The position numbers and the translations under genes are program-made. 64,000 bases of DNA from an uncultured Planctomycetaceae bacterium. Lineage in GTDB: Bacteria > Planctomycetota > Planctomycetia > Planctomycetales > Planctomycetaceae. The stretch spans positions 800,001 through 864,000 of the forward strand of contig CAWFGE010000012.1 in assembly GCA_963815195.1 (NCBI GenBank), read 5' to 3'. Below the pieces are notes generated by a model that was given only the letters and a program-made list of their open reading frames with translations, was not told the DNA's origin and made no database searches. Shown here one piece after another: positions 52,922 through 63,220 of the stretch (position 1 is the first letter of the stretch; each line of letters opens with the position of its first letter).

Positions 52922-53144
52922 AGGGCCGAAGGCCCGGCTCTATGTCAGCCCAGGACAAGCGCCGCGCCGCCCTGGGTTACGGATGATCAATCAAACGCAA
53001 GCCCCAAGGGGGCGGCCCTATGTGGCAACTCTCGCCACGGAACAAGGCATTGTGTATTTCGGATTTAGGGCCGCCCCGTTGGGGCTTTTGGATTCTGTTC
53101 GTTCGTGTTTCCCAGGGCTGACCTAGGGCCGGACCTTCGGTCCT
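52922..53144. mobile_element. Nested inverted-repeat element (MITE/REPIN-like, non-coding)
   Basis: Outer IR 52922-52951 vs 53115-53144 (26/30 match); inner IR 52999-53020 vs 53066-53087 (21/22). Each arm contains a small GC hairpin. Confidence 0.7.
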
Positions 53145-53234
53145 TTTTCTCAAATCTGAAACAGTTGAATTTACGAACGGTAGAAAAGCTGCGCAAAGAC
53201 AAATCGGTGTCAACACCAAATTTTTGACGGCCCA

Positions 53235-53257
53235 GCGCTAGCCGCCCCGGCTAGCGC
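53235..53257. repeat. Perfect 10-bp hairpin; related GCGCTAGCC word at 52826-52834
   Basis: GCGCTAGCCG-CCC-CGGCTAGCGC. Confidence 0.55.
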
Positions 53258-53416
53258 CGGTTCATGAAGAACCGGACGTTCGCCCGATCCGGCTGATCCA
53301 GCCTTTCGGCGTTGACAATCGCGGCAATTCGCTCCGCTTCGCTGTTGGATTCTGGTCCCACGTGGTAAGCTCGGCCTGTTTCGGGAACACCTCTGCGACC
53401 AACCGGGGAGACGGAC

Positions 53417-54991
53417 TTGGGTTTCGACTTAGTGATTGTCGGCGGGATGGTGATTGATGGCAGCGGCGTCCCCCGCAAGCGGGCCGACGTGGGAATCACC
53501 GGAAGCCGCATTACCGCGGTCGGAGATCTATCGGCCACCGACGCCGGGCGGGTGATCGACGCCGCGGGCCGCATCGTCGCTCCCGGCTTTATCGATGTCC
53601 ACACCCACATGGACGGTTGGTTGCTCAAGCGGTCCCATGTGCCCTCCAAAACGCTGCAAGGGTTTACGACCGAGATCATCGGACTCGACGGCATTTCTTA
53701 TTTTCCGGTCAATCCGCAAACCGCCAAGGAATGGCTGTTCTATCTGCGGGCGCTCGACGGACTTCAACTCAGTGACTACGAAGGTTGGCAGAGCCTGGGC
53801 GAATTTCTCGACTGTCTTTCGGGCCGAAACGTGCAAAACGCCGCGACGCATATTCCCTACGCCAACGTCCGCAGCCTCGCGTGCGGCTTTGGCCGCGGTT
53901 CGGTCGATGACTTTCAGATGCGGCAGATCAAATCGCTCGTCCGGCAAGGAATGGAGCAGGGAGCAGTCGGCCTTTCCACGGGTCTCGATTACATCGTGCA
54001 ATGTTTCGCCACCACGGACGAGTTGGCGGAAGTTTGCGAAGTCGTGGCGGAATATGGCGGGCTGTATGCGACGCATATCCGCTACAAAACCGGCGTAATG
54101 CGCGCAATCCGCGAAGCGGTGGAGATCGGCAAACGGTCGGGCGTGAAGGTGCACATCTCCCATCTCAAAGCCGTCGCCGCCGCGGTCGTCGATGAGATTC
54201 TGGACTACATCGACAAGGAAGCCCGGCACGAGGTGGATTTCTCGTTCGACGTTTATCCCTATCAGCCCGGCTCGACGATGCTCAGCTATTTGATGCCCTA
54301 CGATGCCTGGGCCGACGGCCCGATCGCCGCGGCCGCCAAGCTTCGCGACCCGGCGCTCGCGGCCCGGTTCCACGCAGGATTGCTGCTCCACCGATTGCCG
54401 CTGGATCGGATTCACATTGCCTGGGTCGCCGGCAAGGAGAACAGCATCCACCAGGGAATGCTCGTCAGCGATTACATCGCCCAAACCGGCCTGTCGGAAG
54501 AGGAAGCCCTCACCAATCTCCTGCAGGAAGAACGCCTGGCGGTGCTGCTGGTGTTCCGCGAAGGCGACGACAAACTCGTGCTCCCCTTACTACAACATGA
54601 TCTCTACATGATGGGCACCGACGGCATCTATCACCCCGACGGCGTGATTCATCCCCGCCAATATGGTTCGGCGGGCCGATTGTTGGGGCCTTTGGTGCGG
54701 GATGAGAAGCTATTTACGCTCGAAGCCGCGGTTCACAAACTCAGCGGCCGGGCGGCGGAGCGGTTCGGTTTAAAAGATCGCGGCAAGATCCAAGAAAACG
54801 CCGCCGCCGACGTGGTGGTCTTCGATCCCGAAACCATCAGCGACCGAGCCACCATGACCGACCCGCACCAACATTGCGTCGGGATGGAAACGGTGATCGT
54901 CAACGGCGTCGTCATTGTGGAGAACGCCACGCCTGTCGAAACGCTCCAAGCTCCCTATCCCGGCCGGTCTTTGCGAGCCGAGATGAGGTAG
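53417..54991 (+). CDS. N-acyl-D-amino-acid deacylase family amidohydrolase
   Basis: VIDGSG...ADVGI, APGFIDVHTH, GAVGLSTGLDY, THIR, HISHLK, HPRQYG, ADVVVFDP. Confidence 0.92.
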   Translation: MGFDLVIVGGMVIDGSGVPRKRADVGITGSRITAVGDLSATDAGRVIDAAGRIVAPGFIDVHTHMDGWLLKRSHVPSKTLQGFTTEIIGLDGISYFPVNPQTAKEWLFYLRALDGLQLSDYEGWQSLGEFLDCLSGRNVQNAATHIPYANVRSLACGFGRGSVDDFQMRQIKSLVRQGMEQGAVGLSTGLDYIVQCFATTDELAEVCEVVAEYGGLYATHIRYKTGVMRAIREAVEIGKRSGVKVHISHLKAVAAAVVDEILDYIDKEARHEVDFSFDVYPYQPGSTMLSYLMPYDAWADGPIAAAAKLRDPALAARFHAGLLLHRLPLDRIHIAWVAGKENSIHQGMLVSDYIAQTGLSEEEALTNLLQEERLAVLLVFREGDDKLVLPLLQHDLYMMGTDGIYHPDGVIHPRQYGSAGRLLGPLVRDEKLFTLEAAVHKLSGRAAERFGLKDRGKIQENAAADVVVFDPETISDRATMTDPHQHCVGMETVIVNGVVIVENATPVETLQAPYPGRSLRAEMR

Positions 54992-55039
54992 CGGAAGGGG
55001 CACAGGCCACAAAGGGCAAAGGGATTTTCCCCACTTTCC

Positions 55040-55109
55040 TTGTTCCCAAGATCCAGCTTCTCCCCTCGTTCCCTGCTTGGGATCGCACTGTCGCGAAGCT
55101 CCGCTTCGC
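55040..55109. repeat. Degenerate REP-like element
   Basis: TTCCCAAG...CTTGGGA and GCGAAGC-TCC-GCTTCGC hairpins in the intergenic region. Confidence 0.5.
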
Positions 55110-55237
55110 AACGCGTCGTGCCACCCACGGTCCCGCCTGCTTTTGAAACACACACTCGTTACACTCAAAGCAGTTCTCCAAATCGAAAAAGCCGTTGGAA
55201 TGACCGTTGGTCAAAAGCGTGACGCCAGGACCAGGAC

Positions 55238-56893
55238 ATGACAGGCGAATCACCGGAAACAGGCATTGCCTACGAGTTGGCCTCCCGGCAGCGGGACATC
55301 TCGGTGGCGGAGTTCTTTCTGAAGAACCGCCACCTTCTGGGGTTCGATTCCCTTTCTAAGGCCCTGTTGACCACGGTGAAAGAGGCCGTGGACAACGCGC
55401 TCGACGCTTGCGAGGAGGCCGACATTCTTCCGGAAATCCAGGTCGAAGTCACGAACATCCGAAGCAACCTGTTCCGCGTGGTGGTCGAGGACAATGGCCC
55501 CGGAATCGTCCAGCAGCAGATCGGGCGGATCTTCGGCAAGCTGCTCTACGGATCGAAGTTCCATAAGCTGAGCCAGTCGCGCGGCCAGCAGGGAATGGGC
55601 ATTTCGGCCGCCGGGATGTATGCGCAGCTGACCACCGGCAAGCCGATGCACATTCTGAGCCGCGTCGAAGGCGAACCGACGGCGACCGAATTGTTCGTGC
55701 AGATCGACACGGCCAAGAACCGGCCGGAGATCCACAAGAAAAAGCAGGTCGAATGGGATCGGCCGCACGGCACGCGCGTGGAAGTGGAGATGGAAGGCTC
55801 TTTTCATAAAGGCCAACATTCCATCGGAGCCTACTTGCAGCAGACGGCCATCGCCAACCCGCATGTGACGATTCGATTCCAGGATCCGCAAGAGGCGCAG
55901 ACGGACTTCGAGCGCACCAGCAGCAGTCTGCCCACGCGACCGTCCGAGATCAAGCCGCACCCGCACGGCGTGGAACTGGGGCGGCTGATTCAAATGCTGA
56001 ACCACACCCAAAGCCGAACGCTGTTGCATTTTCTCGAACGCGAGTTTTCCCGCGTGGGTCGAAAAACGGCGCGGGCGATCATCGAGAAAGCCGGGAAGAG
56101 CGTCAACGAGCGGTCGTCTCCCCGCCGCATCGCCCACGCCGAGGCGAATGCCTTATACCGGGCGATTCAAAAGGTGCGGATCTCGGCCCCGCAAACGAAT
56201 TGTCTCGTACCGATCGGCGAAGAGCGGCTGCTCGCGGGTTTAAAGACGCAGGTGGACGCCGACTTTTATTGTTCCATCACGCGCCCGCCCGCCGTTTATC
56301 GCGGCAATCCCTTTCAGGTGGAAATCGGCGTCGCCTACGGCCGCCGGGGCGGTTTGCATTTGGAAATGGATGAAGAGGGGCACATCCAACAGATAAAACG
56401 AGACGACGGCAGCAGTTCGGCCCTCGTGCCTCACGCGAGCGAACCGGCGGAACTCCTGAGATTCGCGAACCGGGTGCCGCTGCTTTACGATCAGGCCGGG
56501 TGTGCCATCACCCGCGCGGTGGTTCAGACCAACTGGCGGACCTATGGCGTTCAGCAAACAAAGGGGGCATTGCCGCTGGCCCCGCTGGTGATCCTGGTAC
56601 ACGTCGCCTCGGTTTGGGTTCCGTTTACCTCGGAGGCCAAAGAAGCGATCGCCGCCTATCCGGAAATGCTCAAGGAGCTTAAATTGGGGCTGCAAGAATG
56701 CGGCCGACGACTCGCCGGCCATCTGCGGCGCGAGGCGCGGGTTAAGGGAGAATACGAGAAGCGGGCCCGCATCGGAAAGTACCTGGCCCACGTCGGCATT
56801 GCGCTGCAGGAGATCCTCGATTGGGACGAGGAAACGCGGCAAGAGGCCGTCCAACAACTCACCGAAGTCCTCGAACGCACGCGAAGAATCTGA
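55238..56893 (+). CDS. top6B: DNA topoisomerase VI subunit B
   Basis: SVAEFF; GHKL motifs KEAVDNALDA, EDNGPGI, GSKF...SRGQQGMGIS; H2TH EFSRVG; transducer RFANRVPL, WVPFTSEAKEAIA. Confidence 0.96.
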   Translation: MTGESPETGIAYELASRQRDISVAEFFLKNRHLLGFDSLSKALLTTVKEAVDNALDACEEADILPEIQVEVTNIRSNLFRVVVEDNGPGIVQQQIGRIFGKLLYGSKFHKLSQSRGQQGMGISAAGMYAQLTTGKPMHILSRVEGEPTATELFVQIDTAKNRPEIHKKKQVEWDRPHGTRVEVEMEGSFHKGQHSIGAYLQQTAIANPHVTIRFQDPQEAQTDFERTSSSLPTRPSEIKPHPHGVELGRLIQMLNHTQSRTLLHFLEREFSRVGRKTARAIIEKAGKSVNERSSPRRIAHAEANALYRAIQKVRISAPQTNCLVPIGEERLLAGLKTQVDADFYCSITRPPAVYRGNPFQVEIGVAYGRRGGLHLEMDEEGHIQQIKRDDGSSSALVPHASEPAELLRFANRVPLLYDQAGCAITRAVVQTNWRTYGVQQTKGALPLAPLVILVHVASVWVPFTSEAKEAIAAYPEMLKELKLGLQECGRRLAGHLRREARVKGEYEKRARIGKYLAHVGIALQEILDWDEETRQEAVQQLTEVLERTRRI

Positions 56894-58029
56894 TGGACGA
56901 GCACGAGCAAAACCCTGCGGAAGACGCGTTGGATGCGGAGACGATCGCCTTCATCGATGCCATTGCCGGGGCCGTTTATGAAAGCATTCTTGCCGGGGAG
57001 CGGCCTTCGATCGAAATGCTCGTCCGCAGCCTGCGGAATGTGACCTATGATCCGGAGAAGGGTTATCTCGAACTGGGGGGCATCCGCAAACGGCGCACGC
57101 TGACCGTCAACACGGTGCGTTCGTTCGCCCAGACGCTGCGATTGATGGCGGTGTCGCGGGGCATGGTGCAAAACCACGACTTTGCCACCAAACGCGAAGC
57201 CTACTACGTCAGCAAGAACTGGGGAGACTGCCGCTTCGACAGTCAGACCGAGTCGGACGCCGTGATGGACGACATCGAGGCGCTGGCTTCGATGCACGGA
57301 CTCTCCCGGGAGCAGCTGCGATTCTTCGCCGAGTCGCATGGAGGCGCGGTCGCGGGGGAACTGACCGTCATCGACGCCGATCCGGAAACCGCAGAGGACC
57401 TTGAAATCGACTGCCGCAAATTGGGCAGCGGAGCCTACACGATTCCCCGTTCCGTGGAGCACCTCCGCTTTCAAACGGACGCGGAATTCCTACTCGCCAT
57501 TGAAACGGGCGGCATGTTCCAGCGGCTGAACAATCACCGCTACTGGAAAACGGCCCGCTGCATTCTGGTCGAGATGGGCGGCGTGCCCACCCGGGCGACC
57601 CGGCGATTTATCCGCCGGTTGTCCGATGCGACCGATGTTCCGGTTTACTGTTTCGTGGACTGCGATCCGTACGGGTTCGCGAACATTTACCGCACCCTGA
57701 AAGTCGGCTCGGGGAACGCGGCCCACATCAACCAGTTCTTCTGCGTCCCCCGCGCGAGATTCCTGGGCGTGACGCCGCAGGACATCCTCCACTTCGGCTT
57801 GGAAGATGCGACCCATCCTCTGACCAAAACCGACATCAAGCGGGCTCGCGATGCCCTCGCCAACGATCCGTTCTTCACGGCGCATCCCCTGTGGATCGCC
57901 GCGATCGAGCAGCTTCTGCAAATGGGCGTCCGCGCCGAGCAGCAGGCCTTGGCCAAATGGGGGTTGAATTATGTGATCGAAGAGTATCTCCCACAGAAGC
58001 TCAAAAGCAGCGAAGGTTTTTTGCCGTAG
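56893..58029 (+). CDS. top6A: DNA topoisomerase VI subunit A
   Basis: TGATG overlap with top6B; catalytic Tyr region TKREAYY; TOPRIM LAIETGG and DCDPYG; MGGVPTRATR; EQQAL. Confidence 0.96.
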   Translation: MDEHEQNPAEDALDAETIAFIDAIAGAVYESILAGERPSIEMLVRSLRNVTYDPEKGYLELGGIRKRRTLTVNTVRSFAQTLRLMAVSRGMVQNHDFATKREAYYVSKNWGDCRFDSQTESDAVMDDIEALASMHGLSREQLRFFAESHGGAVAGELTVIDADPETAEDLEIDCRKLGSGAYTIPRSVEHLRFQTDAEFLLAIETGGMFQRLNNHRYWKTARCILVEMGGVPTRATRRFIRRLSDATDVPVYCFVDCDPYGFANIYRTLKVGSGNAAHINQFFCVPRARFLGVTPQDILHFGLEDATHPLTKTDIKRARDALANDPFFTAHPLWIAAIEQLLQMGVRAEQQALAKWGLNYVIEEYLPQKLKSSEGFLP

Positions 58030-58097
58030 GGCTTTGTGAGGGCGAAATCTTCGGGTCAAGTCTCGAACCAGCGTTGCAATCTGCGGGTGACATGCGG

Positions 58098-58123
58098 AAT
58101 AATGGATAACACGCTCCAATAAT
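58098..58123. promoter_or_regulatory. Candidate Rrf2 autoregulatory operator
   Basis: AATAATGGA-N8-TCCAATAAT (7/9 inverted match), overlapping a TTGCAA-N18-AATAAT promoter-like sequence. Confidence 0.5.
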
Positions 58124-58167
58124 CGCCGGCGTGGACCCCCGCTTGTCCCGATGTAGAACGGGCCCTT

Positions 58168-58629
58168 ATGTTTACGCAAACCGTGGAATACGCGCTCCGG
58201 GCGATGGTTTGTCTCGCCAACTCCGAGGGCCTTCAGCAAACCCGCGCCCAGTTGGTCGAGCAGACGAAAGTCCCCTCCGCTTATTTGGCCAAGGTCATGC
58301 GGGAATTGAACCGCGCCGGTTTGGTGCATGCCCAGCGGGGCGTCAACGGGGGCTTCACGTTGACCAAGGCAGCCGAAGAGATTTCGCTGCTCGCCGTCGT
58401 GAGCGCGGTCGATCCCTTGCCCCGCATTCGCACCTGCCCGCTCAACCTGCGAAACCACGGCAGCCGTCTGTGCGGGCTGCACCGCTACCTGGACGATTCG
58501 ATGGCGGCTTTGGAAGCGTCCCTGGCCCGAAAAACGCTGGCCGATCTTGTCGCCGAGAAAACGGGCAGCATTCCGCTCTGCGAAGAAGCGCCGCCGGGAG
58601 TTCCTCTGCATAATCTCGACTTGAGGTAA
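58168..58629 (+). CDS. Rrf2 family transcription regulator
   Basis: VEYALRAM, YLAKVM, RGVNGGFTL, ISLLAVV; CPL...LCGLH. Confidence 0.93.
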   Translation: MFTQTVEYALRAMVCLANSEGLQQTRAQLVEQTKVPSAYLAKVMRELNRAGLVHAQRGVNGGFTLTKAAEEISLLAVVSAVDPLPRIRTCPLNLRNHGSRLCGLHRYLDDSMAALEASLARKTLADLVAEKTGSIPLCEEAPPGVPLHNLDLR

Positions 58630-58738
58630 CCTGGGGTCATCGACCGCACGCTGATGTTGTGCGGGTGGAGGCGGGCTTTTAGAATTTCCCGCACTGAAAA
58701 CGAACGGGATTCAAGGAAATCTTGCGGGGGAAAGTCAC

Positions 58739-59278
58739 ATGTCCCAATGGCGGGTGGCGATCGGCCAGAAGCAGTACGGGCCGTATTCGCTGGAGAAGCT
58801 GCGGCAAATCTACGAGGAAGGCCGCGTGCCGGCGGATGCGCAGATTTGGCACCCCGAACGACAGCAGTGGATCGTCGCCGAGGAGGTGCCGGAACTGAAC
58901 CCCCACGCCGCGGACAGCGACAGCGTGGTCATCATGGAAGAAGCCCCCGCGATCCCGCGCGAGACGGTCCGGCCCGTGCAAAAGCCGGCGGGAGGCTCGG
59001 AGGGGACGGTGATGGAGTACTTGACGTTCCGGCGGATGATCACGCCGATCATCATTCAGATCATCTTCTGGATCGGAGCCGCGCTTGCCAGTTTGAGCGG
59101 CATCGGCCTGATCATCGCCAGTTTCAAAATGAAAGAAGTCGGCGGCATGTTTGTGGGCTTTTTCGCGATGATCCTCGGACCCGTCGTCGTGCGGATCTAC
59201 TGCGAGCTGCTCATCATCTTTTTCCGCATGAACGAGACGCTCACCGAGATCCGCAACGAACTCAAGCGGCCTTCCTGA
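58739..59278 (+). CDS. GYF_2 (DUF4339)-like domain plus DUF4282-like membrane domain protein
   Basis: W...QYGPYSLEKL...IW...W...EVPEL; FRRMITPIIIQIIFW...RIYCELLIIFFRMNE. Confidence 0.8.
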   Translation: MSQWRVAIGQKQYGPYSLEKLRQIYEEGRVPADAQIWHPERQQWIVAEEVPELNPHAADSDSVVIMEEAPAIPRETVRPVQKPAGGSEGTVMEYLTFRRMITPIIIQIIFWIGAALASLSGIGLIIASFKMKEVGGMFVGFFAMILGPVVVRIYCELLIIFFRMNETLTEIRNELKRPS

Positions 59279-59293
59279 CCCAGCGGCGGCGGT

Positions 59294-60499
59294 TCATTTC
59301 GCGCTCTTGAGAAACATCTCGAGGCGATCGAGGCCTGCTTTGAGGGTGTCCATGCCGGTCGCGAACGAGAGGCGGACGTAGCCGGGCGCGCCAAACGCGT
59401 CGCCGGTGACGACGGCGACGTGGGCTTCGTTCAACAGGGCCGTGCAGAAATCGCTGGCGTTATCCACCGGGCGTTGATCTTCGCCCAAAGGCCGATGGAA
59501 ATACCGGCTGACGTTGAAGAACGCATAAAACGCCCCGCCGGGGTCGGCGAGTGAAATCTCGGGCAGGGCTTTCAGACGTTTGAGGACGTAGTCCCGCCGC
59601 TCCGCGAAGGCTCTTTGCATTTCGGCCACGCAGTCTTGAGGACCGTTCAAAGCGGCGATCGCGGCGTATTGGCTGATGCTGCACGGGTTCGAGGTCTCCT
59701 GACTTTGCAGCTTGGCCATTGCGGAGGTGAACCCTTCGGGAGCCAGCGTCCAGCCGATCCGCCAACCGGTCATGGCGTAGGCTTTGCTCACGCCGCTGAC
59801 AATGATCGTCCGTTTGGCGACTTCTTCGCCGAAGGTGGCAAAGCTGCGAAACTCCGAGCCTTTATAAATCAGCTTTTCATAGATTTCATCCGAGAGCACG
59901 GTCACATCGTTCTCAACCGCGACCTGGGCAATCTCGGCAAGGGTTTGGACGGGATAAGCCGCCCCGGTGGGGTTGCAGGGGTTGTTGAGCATCAACAGCT
60001 TCGTTTTGGGCGTGATCGCCGCCGCGAATTGATCGGCGGACATGCAGAACCCGCTGTCTTGCGTGGTTTCCACGATGATGGGCGTCGCACCGGTGAGTTC
60101 CACAAGGGCGCTGTAGCTGACCCAATAGGGCGCGGGGATGATGACTTCATCCCCGGGGCCGCACATGGCGGTCAGCACATTGTGGATGGAATGCTTCGCC
60201 CCGTTGGAGACGGCGACTTCGCTGGGCTTATACTGCAATCCGCAATCCCGCGCATAGGCATCGACGATGGCTTGCTTCAGTTCGGGAATGCCGGTCGCCG
60301 GGGTGTAGTGGGTGTGGCCGGCGTCCATCGCGGCTTTGGCGGCTTCGCAGATGTGGACGGGCGTCGTGAAGTCCGGTTCGCCCAGCGTGAAATCGTAAAC
60401 CGTCACGCCGGTGGCCTTGAGGGCTTTGGCGAGAGCGGCGGCGGCCATGGTGGCGGAGGGCTTGAGTTTTTGAACGGTGCAGGAAAGCGGGATCGGCAT
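59294..60499 (-). CDS. PLP-dependent class I aminotransferase (aspartate aminotransferase)
   Basis: GEPDF, GAKHS, PYWVSY, PCNPTG, SDEIYE, SKAYAMTGWRIG. Confidence 0.95.
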   Translation of the reverse strand: MPIPLSCTVQKLKPSATMAAAALAKALKATGVTVYDFTLGEPDFTTPVHICEAAKAAMDAGHTHYTPATGIPELKQAIVDAYARDCGLQYKPSEVAVSNGAKHSIHNVLTAMCGPGDEVIIPAPYWVSYSALVELTGATPIIVETTQDSGFCMSADQFAAAITPKTKLLMLNNPCNPTGAAYPVQTLAEIAQVAVENDVTVLSDEIYEKLIYKGSEFRSFATFGEEVAKRTIIVSGVSKAYAMTGWRIGWTLAPEGFTSAMAKLQSQETSNPCSISQYAAIAALNGPQDCVAEMQRAFAERRDYVLKRLKALPEISLADPGGAFYAFFNVSRYFHRPLGEDQRPVDNASDFCTALLNEAHVAVVTGDAFGAPGYVRLSFATGMDTLKAGLDRLEMFLKSAK

Positions 60500-60736
60500 A
60501 GGAGTCGGGCGGTAGGAAGGAAGGTTTTCGCCGTCCTGGCGGGTTTTGAACAATCGCGGTTGATTGTTTGCCCAAGGACCGGGAACGTCAAGCCTCGCAG
60601 GGCAGGCGGGGCGCGATTCTGCGAAATTCCGAGCTTATCATCTCAAAAACACCAAACCTAGGGGATTTTCCTAATAGCACATCCGTGAATCCCAAAGTAG
60701 GATAAATCCTCAACAATCCCTTGATGGGCGACGCGA

Positions 60737-61813
60737 ATGACCTCTTCTGATCAATTCCTCAAAACTCTCAGCGACAGCACGTTGTTGACGGCGGATCAGC
60801 TGGCGGTGGCTTATCAGCAGGCCCAAAGCGATCCCGATCCTCAGCGACTGGCCGATTCGCTGGTGCGGCAGGAATTGGTGACGGATTGGCAAGCCCAGCG
60901 CCTGCTCGCGGGAAACCGCCAATTCTTGTTGGGCAATTACAAGCTTTTGGATATTCTGGGCCGGGGCGGCATGGGCACGGTTTACCGGGCCGAGCATGTG
61001 GGGCTCCGCCGGCAGGTCGCGCTCAAAGTCATGTCGCGGCGGTATCTGAAAGACTCGCGGGCGACGTTGCGATTCCTTTCGGAGATTCGGACGATCGCCG
61101 ACCTCGACCACCCCAACATCGTTCGGGCGCTCGATGCGGACTGCGAGAACGACCGCTATTTCCTGGTGATGGAATATGTGCCGGGCCGATCGCTGGAACA
61201 ATGGCTGGACGAGCCGGGCCGGTTCTTTTTGGGATGGGCCGCGGAGTGCATCCGGCAGACCGCGTTGGGGCTGGAACATGCCGCGGCCCGGCAGGTGATC
61301 CACCGGGACATCAAGCCGTCCAATCTCATGGTTCCCGAAAACCCCGGCGAGAATCAGCCCCTGGTCAAGCTGCTCGATTTTGGCCTGGCGTATTCCCTGG
61401 GCGAGATGGAGAATTTCGATGTCACCCAACCGGGCCGGACGGTCGGCACATTGGACTATATGGCCCCGGAGCAATCCGTTTCGTCCCGCGACATCGATCC
61501 GCGGACGGACATTTACAGCCTGGGCTGCGTGTTTTATCACCTGCTCACCGGCCGATTGCCGTTTGAGGGCCGCTCCGCGGTCGAACGGCTGACAAAACGC
61601 TTGACGCAACAGGCCCCGCCGCCCAGCCGGCATCGGCCCGACTTGCCGCGGGGAATCGACCGCATCCTTGGCAAAATGCTCGAACGGGACCGCGACCGCC
61701 GTTTCGGTTCGCCCCGCGAGGTCGCCGACGCGCTGGAACCTTATGCCCATATTGCGGATCCCCGGCAACCCTTGGGGACGCCTCCGAAACGCCGCACGTC
61801 CGATGCGGGGTAA
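60737..61813 (+). CDS. Serine/threonine protein kinase (soluble, no C-terminal sensor domain)
   Basis: GRGGMGTVY, VALK, HRDIKPSN, DFG, GTLDYMAPE, DIYSLG. Confidence 0.95.
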   Translation: MTSSDQFLKTLSDSTLLTADQLAVAYQQAQSDPDPQRLADSLVRQELVTDWQAQRLLAGNRQFLLGNYKLLDILGRGGMGTVYRAEHVGLRRQVALKVMSRRYLKDSRATLRFLSEIRTIADLDHPNIVRALDADCENDRYFLVMEYVPGRSLEQWLDEPGRFFLGWAAECIRQTALGLEHAAARQVIHRDIKPSNLMVPENPGENQPLVKLLDFGLAYSLGEMENFDVTQPGRTVGTLDYMAPEQSVSSRDIDPRTDIYSLGCVFYHLLTGRLPFEGRSAVERLTKRLTQQAPPPSRHRPDLPRGIDRILGKMLERDRDRRFGSPREVADALEPYAHIADPRQPLGTPPKRRTSDAG

Positions 61814-61828
61814 GCGAGCCGGTTGGCT

Positions 61829-62788
61829 CTAAAGCAGCGGATCGGGTTCCTTCAGGACCGCGGTCAGGCTGTCGAGATCGAGCGCGGCTTCCAGGGAAAA
61901 CTCCAGATACTGCTGATGGGCCGCATCGAGCAGGGCGTGAATATCCAACGGACCGTCCAGGACGATTCCGTAAATCTCCGCTTCGAGCTTGACCTCTTCC
62001 GAACAGGCGTGGGCCAGGGTGATGAACTCGTCGATATTGATCCCGTGATGGATTTTCATCCATTGATGCGCCGTCTCCACGGACGCGGTTTCCGGCTTCC
62101 ACAATACGTCCGCGAGCAATTCCCCCGAGTGCACAAGTTCCGCCAACGAATTCGCCGCGGGCAGGTGATGATCCCGCACCGCCACGGCCAATTCCTCCGG
62201 CAACCCCCAACGGTCCAAGAGGCACGCCCCCAATTCGGCATGATCGAAGCCAAACGCCTCCCGTTCGACCTTGACGAGTTCGGCTCCGGTTTTCGCCTTT
62301 TGAAAGATCGGCAGATACTCGTCCGGGCGAACCTGGGCCAGGAGCAGCGTTCCCAAGTGGGCCAACAGCCCGGCCATGTAGGCGTCATGGGCGCTGAACG
62401 GTTCGGACCCGTCGACGAGCCGCATCCCGGCCATCGCCATCGTAATCGCCTGGCGCCAATAATCGGTATAAAGCGACCGCGCCGGCCCGCGGGAAAACAC
62501 CTCCAACATGCTGAAGCTCAAAGTCATCAGCCGCAACGTCCGCCGGCCCAAGAGCATCACGGCTTGTTTGAGGTTCCTCACCGGCTGCCGGAGACCGTAG
62601 CGGGGCGAGTTGAGCACCCGCAGCAAACGAGCCGACAGGGCCGGATCGCGTTGCAGGCAGTCCACGACTTCCCCCACGTCGAAGTCCGCATGCCGGGTCA
62701 AATTGAGCAGCGATTGGGCAATGCCCGGCGCGGAGTGGAGCGCCTCCGCTTCACGAATCAACTGGTCCACGTTTCCAACATGCATCAT
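61829..62788 (-). CDS. HDOD domain signalling protein
   Basis: DPALSARLLRVLNS, AYMAGLLAHLG, EREAFGFDHAELG, WGLP, HH. Confidence 0.9.
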   Translation of the reverse strand: MMHVGNVDQLIREAEALHSAPGIAQSLLNLTRHADFDVGEVVDCLQRDPALSARLLRVLNSPRYGLRQPVRNLKQAVMLLGRRTLRLMTLSFSMLEVFSRGPARSLYTDYWRQAITMAMAGMRLVDGSEPFSAHDAYMAGLLAHLGTLLLAQVRPDEYLPIFQKAKTGAELVKVEREAFGFDHAELGACLLDRWGLPEELAVAVRDHHLPAANSLAELVHSGELLADVLWKPETASVETAHQWMKIHHGINIDEFITLAHACSEEVKLEAEIYGIVLDGPLDIHALLDAAHQQYLEFSLEAALDLDSLTAVLKEPDPLL

Positions 62789-63220
62789 GGCGGCCCTCTT
62801 TAGGCTGACCGATACCATAAACAAACCGTATACAAACATAGGTTTCCCTGACGCGAAATGTCGGAGGAAATTGCGGATTTTGTCGCCGGAATATCGAGAA
62901 GACGGAGAATTCACGGGATGCGGGCTGGGCATTTCGCGGACCGCGCGACTCGGACGCCGCACCGCCGTCGCCCAGGAACAAAGAGCCGCCCGCTGGATCA
63001 CAGCCGGCAAAGGCCCATGCGGACCGGACGAAAAGGAAACCCGCGGTCGGATCGGCTGGCATCGTCACGCGGCCTGATCCATCGTGGCCGCAAGCAAAAT
63101 CCCGCGAAGCAGCGGGCGGTTTTCCAGGATTTGGAGCGAACGGCTTGGGATTCGGCGGGACTTTTGAGATTCCCAATTCCGGATCATTGACCGGCGATAG
63201 GTTTCGCATACACTGTGAAC

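Noticed and set aside
56893..58029. Spo11-like or defence-associated TOPRIM nuclease
   Set aside because: It is directly coupled to a full-length Top6B, as in an ordinary Topo VI.
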